In this document: piece by piece, positions 56,352-64,000 of the stretch | How the letters are laid out: every line of letters begins with the position of its first letter | How positions within the stretch are numbered: the first letter of the stretch is position 1 | Assembly: GCA_965217585.1 (NCBI GenBank) | Contig: OZ244561.1 | Location: 384,001 to 448,000 of the forward strand | Direction of reading: 5' to 3' | DNA length: 64,000 bases | Source: Candidatus Latescibacterota bacterium | GTDB lineage: Bacteria; Latescibacterota; UBA2968; UBA8231 | Made by a program: the position numbers and the translations under genes | Notes under the pieces: model-generated | Told to the model about the DNA's origin: nothing | The model's database searches: none | What the model saw: the letters and a program-made list of their open reading frames with translations, nothing else

Positions 56352-56398
56352 TTGACTCTACCCGTCGTTTGTTATACTTTTTTGTGAAATGTATAACA
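56352..56398 (+). promoter_or_regulatory. TA operon promoter with an overlapping inverted-repeat operator
   Basis: TTGACT (56352-56357) and TGn-TATACT (56370-56378). Inverted repeat tgttatac (56370-56377)/gtataaca (56391-56398). Confidence 0.7.
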
Positions 56399-56443
56399 TC
56401 CATATCCCGCTATCGATGGATTAACCTAACAGAACGGAGAATC

Positions 56444-56677
56444 ATGGCATCGGCCCGCATATCGGCCAAAGGCTGGGTCGTCATTCCGGCACCGCTGCGC
56501 AAGAAATACCGCCTACAGCCCGGCGACCAAGTGCGCATTGTCGATTACGGCGGCGGCTTGGCCCTCGTGCCCGCCCTTGGCGATCCCATCGAAGAAGCCC
56601 AAGGGATGCTCGCGGGGCCAACATCCCTAGTGGAAGCCCTGCTTTCCCAGCGCGCTGAGGACCGTCGGCTTGAATGA
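56444..56677 (+). CDS. vapB: AbrB/MazE/SpoVT family antitoxin
   Basis: ARISAKGWVVIPAPLRKKYRLQPGDQV. GGAG RBS before ATG 56444. Overlaps the toxin start. Confidence 0.88.
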   Translation: MASARISAKGWVVIPAPLRKKYRLQPGDQVRIVDYGGGLALVPALGDPIEEAQGMLAGPTSLVEALLSQRAEDRRLE

Positions 56678-57086
56678 CCCCGGAGACCGCGTGCTCGATA
56701 GTTACGCGCTTTTAGCCTATCTGGAGAATGAAGCGGGTGCCCTTCAGGTTAAATCCCTGCTCAGCCAGACAGAAACAGGCCCAAGCCGCCTGTGGATGTC
56801 CATCGTCAATTTGGGAGAAGTCCTCTATATCACTGAGCGTGAACGGGGCTTGGCCCACAGCCGCAATGTCCTAGCGGCTGTGGAGCAATTGCCGGTGGAC
56901 ATGGTCCTCGCCGACCGCGCCCATACTTTGTCTGCCGCCCATATCAAGGCCCGTTTCCCGCTCTCCTATGCCGATGCCTTCGCCGCCGCTCTGGCCCAGA
57001 CCAAGGGCGTCCCTCTCGTGACCGGCGACGAGGAATTTAGCCGGGTCGAATCCCTCGTCGCCATTGAGTGGCTTCCTAGGCATTAG
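56670..57086 (+). CDS. vapC: VapC PIN-domain toxin
   Basis: Motifs VLDSYALL, VNLGEV, LSYADAFA, LVTGDEEF. Confidence 0.92.
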   Translation: MNDPGDRVLDSYALLAYLENEAGALQVKSLLSQTETGPSRLWMSIVNLGEVLYITERERGLAHSRNVLAAVEQLPVDMVLADRAHTLSAAHIKARFPLSYADAFAAALAQTKGVPLVTGDEEFSRVESLVAIEWLPRH

Positions 57087-57144
57087 TTCGTTGGCAGTTC
57101 CGTGGGGCAGTCAGTTTCGACAATTTGAATCCATAGGTGGCAAT

Positions 57145-59910
57145 GTGTCTAGGGCACTGCTTGGCTGCGCTCTGATTAGCGCAATTCTGGTGGTTGGATG
57201 CGCCCCTGCGGAACAGCCGCAGTCGGCCTCGGTCCAATCCCCCGCTCACCTGTCCCCAACGAGTACGGTCGAGGAGAACCACCCCGTGTTATTCGCCGAT
57301 GTGGCGGCCCAAGTCGGCCTAGATTTCGTCAATCTCTCGGGGCACGACGACCCGAGGCTTTTGATGGAAACCACGGGTACCGGCGCGGCCTTCCTCGACT
57401 ACGATGACGATGGGTGGCTGGACCTCTTCTTCGTCAACGGCACCTTGCTAGACGCTGATCCGCCACAAGCGACCAACCGCCTCTTCCACAACGAACCCGA
57501 CCCCAGCACCCAAAGACACTTCCGCGAAGTAACCCGTCAAAGCGGCCTGCTATCCAAGGGTTGGGGCATGGGTTGCGCTACTGGCGATATCGACAACGAT
57601 GGCGATACCGACCTATTGGTGACCTATTGGGGTCCCAATCTGTTGTACCGCAATAACGGCGACAGCACCTTTGACGAAATCGCCGCCCAGGCCGGAGTGG
57701 ACCACCCCGGTTGGGGCACCAGTGCGGCTTTTGCCGATTTAGATGGCGACGGCTGGCTGGACCTCTACGTGACCAACTACCTCCACATCGACCTAGACCA
57801 TCCCCCCAAGGACGGCCAACCTTGCCAATACAAGGGGCTGGCCGTACCGTGCGGCCCACAGGGGGTTCCAGCCCAAGCCGATGTACTCTATCGCAACAGA
57901 GGCGACGGCACCTTCGCCGATATGAGTGCAAGCAGCGGCCTAGACCAGTGGAGCTATGCCGGTTTGGGCGTTGCGTTTGGCGACTTCGATAACGACGGCG
58001 ACCTGGATATGTACGTTGCCAACGACAGCGAGCCCAATATGATTTTGCGCAACGACGGCGACTGGTACTTCAGCGAAATCGGCCAAGCGGCCGGGGCAGC
58101 CTATAGCGAGAGCGGGCGGCCCCAGGCCGGCATGGGGGTCCACAGCGGCGATTATGACAACGATGGCGACCTCGATTTGTTTGTGACCAATTTCTCCGAA
58201 GACTACAATACCCTGTACCAGAACCAAGCCCCGACGACGATTGACTCCATGTGCTTTGTCGATGTTTCGCACGCCACCGGCTTGAGTGCCGGCGATCGGC
58301 CTTATCTGGGTTGGGCGACCGCTTTCTGGGATTACGACAACGATGGCTGGCTGGACCTATATGTAATTAACGGCCACGTTTATCCACAGTTGGGAGTACA
58401 TGCTTCGGGATTGACCTACCGACAGCGCAACCTGCTCTATCAAAATCAGCACGGGCGCTTTATAGAAGTGGGTCGCCGGGCCGGAGCAGCTTGGCAGCTC
58501 GAAGCGGCCAGTCGTGCGGCGGCCCAAGGTGACTACGACAACGATGGCGACCTCGATCTGGCCGTAGTAAATCACAACGCAGCACCAACCCTGTTGCGCA
58601 ACGAAGGAGGAAACTTCAATAACTGGCTGGGTCTTGAACTGGTGGGGCATATCAGCAACCGGGATGGCATCGGCACCAGGATCTGGATTTTTACCGCTGA
58701 TCAGGTGCAAATGAGAGAAGTGTTCCGGGGTTATGGTTTTCAAAGCCAACACGATCCTCGTGTGTTGATAGGACTAGGTGCGAACCAAACCGTAGATCGA
58801 GTCGAAATACACTGGCCATCGGGCTCCCGTCAAACAATTGCTGCACCGCCAGTGCGGCGCTACCTCAAAGTACACGAGGGCCGCGATGGCTTCGAGCAAG
58901 GACCGGCTATTCCCCCGCCCCAGAGCGAATATCCTATCGCTTTGTCACAGACATCGAACTGGAGCGCTGCGGATTTCGCGGCCCTTGGGAACCAATACTA
59001 TCAGGCCGGACACTACGGTGAAGCCCACGCCGCCTTCTATCGGGCCTTGGCCTTGGATCCGACCCATAAGCTGGCCAACCTGGGCATGGGCACATTGCTC
59101 TATGCCGGCATGGGTGCTGCCGATGAGGCGCTTTCATATGTGGAAGAGGCGGCCCGCCGCGATTCATCCTCGGCGGAGAGCTTTCTCGTGCTCGGCAAAG
59201 TCTATATGGACTTGGATCGGCCCGAGTCAGCTATCCGAGCTTTTGCGCGGGTCGCCAGATTGCGGGCACAGGATTGGGAGGCGTACTTCTGGCTGGGTCG
59301 GGCCTATGCGCAAAGTAATCGTTTGACCGAGGCGGCAAATGCTTTTGGCAACGCCACAAGGTGGGCACCTTGGGAACCCGAGCCGCTGTTGGCATTGGCC
59401 CAGCTTTACGCAAGGCAAGGCAATGAAAAAGCGGCTGAGGAAGCAAACAAACGGTTTGCACGGTATCGCCGACTCGAGCAACGCGTCGAATCCCTGCAGT
59501 CCCAGATTGACCGTGAGCCGCAAAACGAAAAGGCCCTTTTAGATCTAGGTCTGGCGTATATGGCGCAAGGAAGGCTGGATCGGGCTGCGACGCACTACCA
59601 AGGGATGGTAGACCGAGCACCGCAAAGTGCGCTTGGTCTGTACGGCCTTGGCCTCCTCTGCTTGCGCCGCAATGATCCCCAGGGTGCCCTCGGCTATTTG
59701 CATAAAGCAGCGATCTACTCACCAGATGACGCCGAGATTCGCGGTGCCTTGGGCCAGGCATATTTCCAGTTAGAGCGCTACCACGAAGCCGTGGTGGAGT
59801 GGGAACAAATCGCGGACACAACCCGCATCGGTCGCATGTTGGAGCGAGCGCGTGCTCGAATAGCATCCACAGCAGAAGGTCGCCCGACCGATGCCCAAAG
59901 GGGGCGTTAG
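57145..59910 (+). CDS. CRTAC1 family lipoprotein fused to C-terminal TPR repeats
   Basis: Lipobox VVGC, FG-GAP DxDNDGxxDL repeats, ASPIC/UnbV (SNRDGIG, IHWPSG), then multiple TPR motifs. GTG 57145 after AGGTGG. Confidence 0.9.
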   Translation: MSRALLGCALISAILVVGCAPAEQPQSASVQSPAHLSPTSTVEENHPVLFADVAAQVGLDFVNLSGHDDPRLLMETTGTGAAFLDYDDDGWLDLFFVNGTLLDADPPQATNRLFHNEPDPSTQRHFREVTRQSGLLSKGWGMGCATGDIDNDGDTDLLVTYWGPNLLYRNNGDSTFDEIAAQAGVDHPGWGTSAAFADLDGDGWLDLYVTNYLHIDLDHPPKDGQPCQYKGLAVPCGPQGVPAQADVLYRNRGDGTFADMSASSGLDQWSYAGLGVAFGDFDNDGDLDMYVANDSEPNMILRNDGDWYFSEIGQAAGAAYSESGRPQAGMGVHSGDYDNDGDLDLFVTNFSEDYNTLYQNQAPTTIDSMCFVDVSHATGLSAGDRPYLGWATAFWDYDNDGWLDLYVINGHVYPQLGVHASGLTYRQRNLLYQNQHGRFIEVGRRAGAAWQLEAASRAAAQGDYDNDGDLDLAVVNHNAAPTLLRNEGGNFNNWLGLELVGHISNRDGIGTRIWIFTADQVQMREVFRGYGFQSQHDPRVLIGLGANQTVDRVEIHWPSGSRQTIAAPPVRRYLKVHEGRDGFEQGPAIPPPQSEYPIALSQTSNWSAADFAALGNQYYQAGHYGEAHAAFYRALALDPTHKLANLGMGTLLYAGMGAADEALSYVEEAARRDSSSAESFLVLGKVYMDLDRPESAIRAFARVARLRAQDWEAYFWLGRAYAQSNRLTEAANAFGNATRWAPWEPEPLLALAQLYARQGNEKAAEEANKRFARYRRLEQRVESLQSQIDREPQNEKALLDLGLAYMAQGRLDRAATHYQGMVDRAPQSALGLYGLGLLCLRRNDPQGALGYLHKAAIYSPDDAEIRGALGQAYFQLERYHEAVVEWEQIADTTRIGRMLERARARIASTAEGRPTDAQRGR

Positions 59911-60068
59911 AAGCTTGAGAAGCCCTTAGAGGCGGTCCGCCCAAAAGCGGATTGCCAGCACCCGCTGTGGTGTACAGAGGTTACAATCTATATTTTCCCC
60001 TAGGGGAAGCGGCTTAATCCATCCCTGTTTTTCCCCTACTTCCGTCCGACCAAGACAAGGAGCGCGCC

Positions 60069-62228
60069 ATGGCAGGGCTTCTGTCCTTTTTCGTTTTTGC
60101 TATGCTGCTCAGTGCTGCGCACGTATTTGGTGCAACCGAATACCGTCTGGGCGGGATTAACGGCAACGATTGGCAGGCGGCCCTGACCGCAGAGAGCTTC
60201 TTCCAGATCCGGGATGCCGACGGCCAGCCACTGCGACAAGTACCGGTGGGGATATCGCCCTTTGGCGCGGGAGCCGACACGCTGGTCGATTTCTCCGGCA
60301 CAGCGATCCAACCCCGTTTGATTGACTCCTCCGTCAATATCGCCCGGGCCGATGTGGACGCCAGCAAGACCCAGATCCCCCTGCCCTATATGCCCAGTTC
60401 GAGAGTCCTTACTAATAATTGCGGTCAGGCGCAATTACACGCCAATACGATCAAGCTAATGCTGGACGGCGATCCCGCTACGGCCACTTTTCGCACCTTT
60501 GTGCAACGGGCCGGGGGCCGGCCTGGCGATGGCTTTACCTGGCGGGGGGCCGTGGTCTTTGATTTTGGCGGCGCAATCCCGATCAATCGCATCCGCTTCT
60601 ATCCTCGCCTGAGTCAGCGCGAAGATCGCCAACTGATCGAATCCCTGCGGGAACCGGCTCCAGATATCGAGCGCTTTGGCCAAGACAGCTTCCTCGACAA
60701 TTTCCTCGCTTGGTACGAGATCCGCACCGGCGACAATTCGGTCGTCTTTGCCCCAGATCCATGCAGCGGCACCAGCACCTTCCTCTTTGACAGCTCCAAG
60801 CGCGACATAGGCGCTGTGGCCACCAGCAAGCGACGCACCGTCTTGGGCGACTTGCGGTGGGTGCGGAGCGGCGATCCATTGCTGACGGTGCTGAAAACCA
60901 CCCATGAAAACCTCGACCCGGTCGTCGACCTGCGCTTTCCCACCCGGTCGACCCGCTGGCTCACCTTGCGTGCCTTCCCCTTGCGCGACTATGAAGTCGC
61001 CGAATTCGAAATCTACGGCGAGGGCTATGTCCCCGAGACCACCTACCTCACCCCCATCCTCGACTTCGGCCAAGCCGTCACTTGGGGCAAAATCCGCTGG
61101 GAAGGCGAAGTGCCCGACGGCACCCGCATCGAAATTCGCACCCGCACCGGCCACACCTCTGATCCGCTGCTCTACTTCGCACCCAATATCAACGACGACC
61201 TCATACCCATCACCCACGCCGAACACGCCAAAATCGATATCGCCGCCCGACTAGTCCCCACCTACGATGCCGACCACTGGAGCTTCTGGTCGTCGCCCTA
61301 TGAATTTGCCGCCGGCCAGCGCAATCCCAACCAGCCCGCCCGCGCCTGGCAGGACGGCATCCTGCTGTTGTCGCCCGGTCCCAGCCGCTACATCCAAATC
61401 GCCATCAAGCTCTTCGCCGACTTCAACGTGGCCCCTCGCCTCGACCAACTCACCCTGCAGTTGAGCGAGACCCTGTCGGCGCAGGCCCTCGTCGGTGAGA
61501 TCTGGCCCATTGAGGTCGCCTCCTTTGAACCGACCCCCTTTACCTATGTGGTCCTACCCACCCTCATAGACGACAATGCCGGCTTTGACCGCTTGGAAAT
61601 CCGCACCCATATCCGGGCGCACGCGGTGCGTTCGGTGCGCCTTGATGGCCAGCCAGTGGACTTAGACCTGTTCGTCCCGCACCTGCTCGATGATCGCCTC
61701 ATCGTGTCCTTCCCGCCGCTGACCGGCAGCGCCGACAGCTTCAAGCAGGTCGAGGTCGACTTCGACGTGCCGGTGCTGCGTTTCGGCACCGAGTTCAGCG
61801 GTTGGGTGTTCAGCAGCACGGATCCCGATCAGATCCGGCAGCGCATCGATCCGGGCAACGCCACGTTCCGCTTTGCCGGCAACTTGCTGGCGGTCAACAC
61901 GCCGGTGGGGGGTGACTTGCTGGTGGATGTGCGGGTGCCCGAGGTGTTCACGCCCAACGGCGACGGGATCAACGAGACCTTACCCATCGCTTACAAGCTG
62001 CGCGAAGTCACAGTCGATCGGCCGGTACAGGTGCGCATCTACGACTTGGCGGGTCGGCTGGTGGCGCACCTACCCGTGTTCAAGGCCCGCAGCGGGGTCT
62101 TTATCCAAGAGTGGAACGGCCGCGACGGGCAGGACGCCTTGGTCCAACCCGGCACCTATATCTACGAATTGACCCTCGATTCCGAGGAGCAACACACCCA
62201 ACAGGGCGTCTTTGCCGTCGCCTATTGA
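60069..62228 (+). CDS. Secreted discoidin-like/FlgD-Ig domain protein, paralog 9 (TEYRLGG subtype)
   Basis: AAGGAG RBS, signal peptide, DGDPAT, PINRIRFYP, EVAEFEIYG, SPGPSRY, TPNGDGINE, PGTYIY. Confidence 0.87.
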   Translation: MAGLLSFFVFAMLLSAAHVFGATEYRLGGINGNDWQAALTAESFFQIRDADGQPLRQVPVGISPFGAGADTLVDFSGTAIQPRLIDSSVNIARADVDASKTQIPLPYMPSSRVLTNNCGQAQLHANTIKLMLDGDPATATFRTFVQRAGGRPGDGFTWRGAVVFDFGGAIPINRIRFYPRLSQREDRQLIESLREPAPDIERFGQDSFLDNFLAWYEIRTGDNSVVFAPDPCSGTSTFLFDSSKRDIGAVATSKRRTVLGDLRWVRSGDPLLTVLKTTHENLDPVVDLRFPTRSTRWLTLRAFPLRDYEVAEFEIYGEGYVPETTYLTPILDFGQAVTWGKIRWEGEVPDGTRIEIRTRTGHTSDPLLYFAPNINDDLIPITHAEHAKIDIAARLVPTYDADHWSFWSSPYEFAAGQRNPNQPARAWQDGILLLSPGPSRYIQIAIKLFADFNVAPRLDQLTLQLSETLSAQALVGEIWPIEVASFEPTPFTYVVLPTLIDDNAGFDRLEIRTHIRAHAVRSVRLDGQPVDLDLFVPHLLDDRLIVSFPPLTGSADSFKQVEVDFDVPVLRFGTEFSGWVFSSTDPDQIRQRIDPGNATFRFAGNLLAVNTPVGGDLLVDVRVPEVFTPNGDGINETLPIAYKLREVTVDRPVQVRIYDLAGRLVAHLPVFKARSGVFIQEWNGRDGQDALVQPGTYIYELTLDSEEQHTQQGVFAVAY

Positions 62229-62340
62229 AATCGGAAGCGTGGAAGAAATTTTGTTTCTAAACGCTGAGCTTGGGTGTATACTTACTCTTCGCAACCTTTG
62301 AACTGCGCGTTTGTATTGGTGAAGCAGCAAGGAGGGCGTT

Positions 62341-64000
62341 ATGGCAGGCATAGTGTTGCTGTGTTTTTGCAGCGTCTTGCTCGGTGCTGTGCCCGTGTTG
62401 GGGGGGACGGAATACCGTCTAGGCGGGACCGATGGCAACCCTTGGCAGGCCATCCTAGCCGGGGAAAGCGCCTACCAAGCCTTTGCCGCTGACGGCCAAG
62501 TCGAGCGCCAAGTATCGGTGGGGGTTTCGCCCTTTGGGGCAGGGGCCGATACGCTGGTTGACTTTTCTGCTACCTCGATCCAACCTCGGCTTATTGACCC
62601 CAGCGTCAATATCGCCCGGGCCGATGTCAATGCCGGCAGGACCACCATCCCCTTGCCCTATATCCCCGGCTCCAGAGTCCTCAACAACAATGGTTGCTGG
62701 TCCTGGGGCAATTTTCAACCTTCGATCAAGCTAATGCTGGATGGCGATCCGACCACAGCCGCCTTCCGCACCTTTGTCCAAAAGGTCGGCTCGCCGCCGG
62801 GCGTGGGCTATACCTGGCGCTCGTCGGTGGTGTTCGATTTTGGTGCTGGTGTGCCCATCAACCGCATCCGCTTCTATCCTCGCCTGAGCCGGAGAGAGGA
62901 TCACCAGTTGATCCAGACTATGGACGTACCCACGCCGGAGGCGGAGAGCTTTGGCGAAGACAGCTTCTTGGCCAACTTCCTCGCTTGGTATGAGATCCGC
63001 ACTGGTGATAACTCCATCGTCTTTGGCAATGACCCCTGTAGCGGCGACGGCCGTAGCGGCGCCAGCAGCCGCAACGGCAGTGTGGCGACGAGCAAACGGC
63101 GCACCGTCTTGGGCGACTTGCGGTGGGTGCGCAATGGCGATCCCCTGCTGACGGTGCTGGAATCCACCCGCGAAAACCTCGACCCCGTCGTCGATATGCG
63201 CTTTCCCGTCCGCTCGACCCGCTGGCTCACCCTGCGCGCCTTCCCCTTGCGCGACTATGAAATCGCCGAATTCGAAATCTACGGCGACGGCTACGTCCAC
63301 GAGACCACCTACCTCACCCCCATCCTCGACTTCGGACAAGCCGTCACCTGGGGCAAAATACGCTGGGAAGGCGACGTGCCCGCCGGCACCCGCATCGAAA
63401 TTCGCACCCGCACCGGCCACACCCCCGATCCGCTGCTCTACTTCGCTCCCAATATCAACGACGAAATCGTACCCATCACCCGCGCTCAATACGACGAAAT
63501 CGACAAAGCCGCTCAATTGCTGCCTGTCTACGATGCCGACCACTGGAGCTTCTGGTCGTCGCCCTACGACTTTGCCGCCGGTCAACGCAATCCCAACCAG
63601 CCCGCCCGCGCCTGGCAGGACGGGATCCTACTGCTGTCGCCCGGTCCCAGCCGCTACATCCAAATCGCTATCAAGCTCTTCGCCGACTTCAACGTGGCAC
63701 CTCGCCTCGACCAACTCACCCTGCAGTTGAGTGAAACCCTGTCGGCGCAGGTCCTCGTCGGTGAGATCTGGCCCATTGAGGTCGCCTCCTTTGAACCGAT
63801 CCCCTTTACCTATGTGGTCCTACCCACCCTCATAGACGACAACGCCGGCTTTGACCGCTTGGAAATCCTCACCCATATCCGGGCGCACACCGTGCGCGCG
63901 GTGCGCCTTGATGGGCAGCCAGTGGACCTAGACCAGTTCGTCCCGCATCTGCTCGATGATCGCCTCATCGTGTCCTTCCCACCGCTGAGCGGCAGCGCTG
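62341..64000 (+). CDS. Paralog 10, a recent tandem duplicate of paralog 9 (3' truncated by window edge)
   Basis: AAGGAGG RBS, ATG 62341, MAGIVLL...GGTEYRLGG. The frame stays colinear and often near-identical to 60069-61730 up to the window end. Missing from the ORF track because it has no stop in the window. Confidence 0.87.
   Translation, partial: MAGIVLLCFCSVLLGAVPVLGGTEYRLGGTDGNPWQAILAGESAYQAFAADGQVERQVSVGVSPFGAGADTLVDFSATSIQPRLIDPSVNIARADVNAGRTTIPLPYIPGSRVLNNNGCWSWGNFQPSIKLMLDGDPTTAAFRTFVQKVGSPPGVGYTWRSSVVFDFGAGVPINRIRFYPRLSRREDHQLIQTMDVPTPEAESFGEDSFLANFLAWYEIRTGDNSIVFGNDPCSGDGRSGASSRNGSVATSKRRTVLGDLRWVRNGDPLLTVLESTRENLDPVVDMRFPVRSTRWLTLRAFPLRDYEIAEFEIYGDGYVHETTYLTPILDFGQAVTWGKIRWEGDVPAGTRIEIRTRTGHTPDPLLYFAPNINDEIVPITRAQYDEIDKAAQLLPVYDADHWSFWSSPYDFAAGQRNPNQPARAWQDGILLLSPGPSRYIQIAIKLFADFNVAPRLDQLTLQLSETLSAQVLVGEIWPIEVASFEPIPFTYVVLPTLIDDNAGFDRLEILTHIRAHTVRAVRLDGQPVDLDQFVPHLLDDRLIVSFPPLSGSA

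Noticed and set aside
9656-64000. FlgD-tail genes as flagellar hook-cap genes
   Set aside because: They have Sec signal peptides, are 600-840 aa long and have no flagellar neighbours. Only the Ig-like tail is shared.
60069-64000. Diversity-generating retroelement (TR/VR pair) behind the paralog variation
   Set aside because: No reverse transcriptase is in the window, both copies are full genes, and the differences include indels rather than adenine-only substitutions.

Overview
GC-rich bacterial window with no rRNA, tRNA or CRISPR array. Gene content resembles Candidatus Latescibacterota/Handelsmanbacteria or related, often sponge-associated, lineages; this is inferred from family content only. 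Main content: (1) Ten paralogs of one secreted family (signal peptide, variable discoidin-like domain, conserved beta-sandwich core, C-terminal TPNGDGxND/FlgD-Ig tail). They are interleaved with two paralogous ~900-aa outer-membrane-like proteins, three CRTAC1/ASPIC-UnbV lipoproteins and a PpiC foldase. The family shows mosaic patches, a ~155-bp inverted repeat between a divergent pair, a poly-G frameshift and a recent tandem duplicate with hypervariable loops, which suggests an undescribed diversifying surface-display system. (2) A complete IS110 (IS621-like) element at ~34451-35638 inserted into a REP-like palindrome. Its left end encodes a bridge RNA whose four guides can be read directly against the target and donor sites, and its circle junction reconstitutes a -35/17 bp/-10 promoter. 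(3) Catabolic genes (SDR, two HpcH aldolases, LLM monooxygenase, atypical transaldolase, DppA, Gfo/Idh/MocA, hydantoinase A/B plus dipeptidase), a VapBC module with its operator, and three genes collapsed by deletion (TonB receptor, MFS-spermidine synthase, aquaporin).
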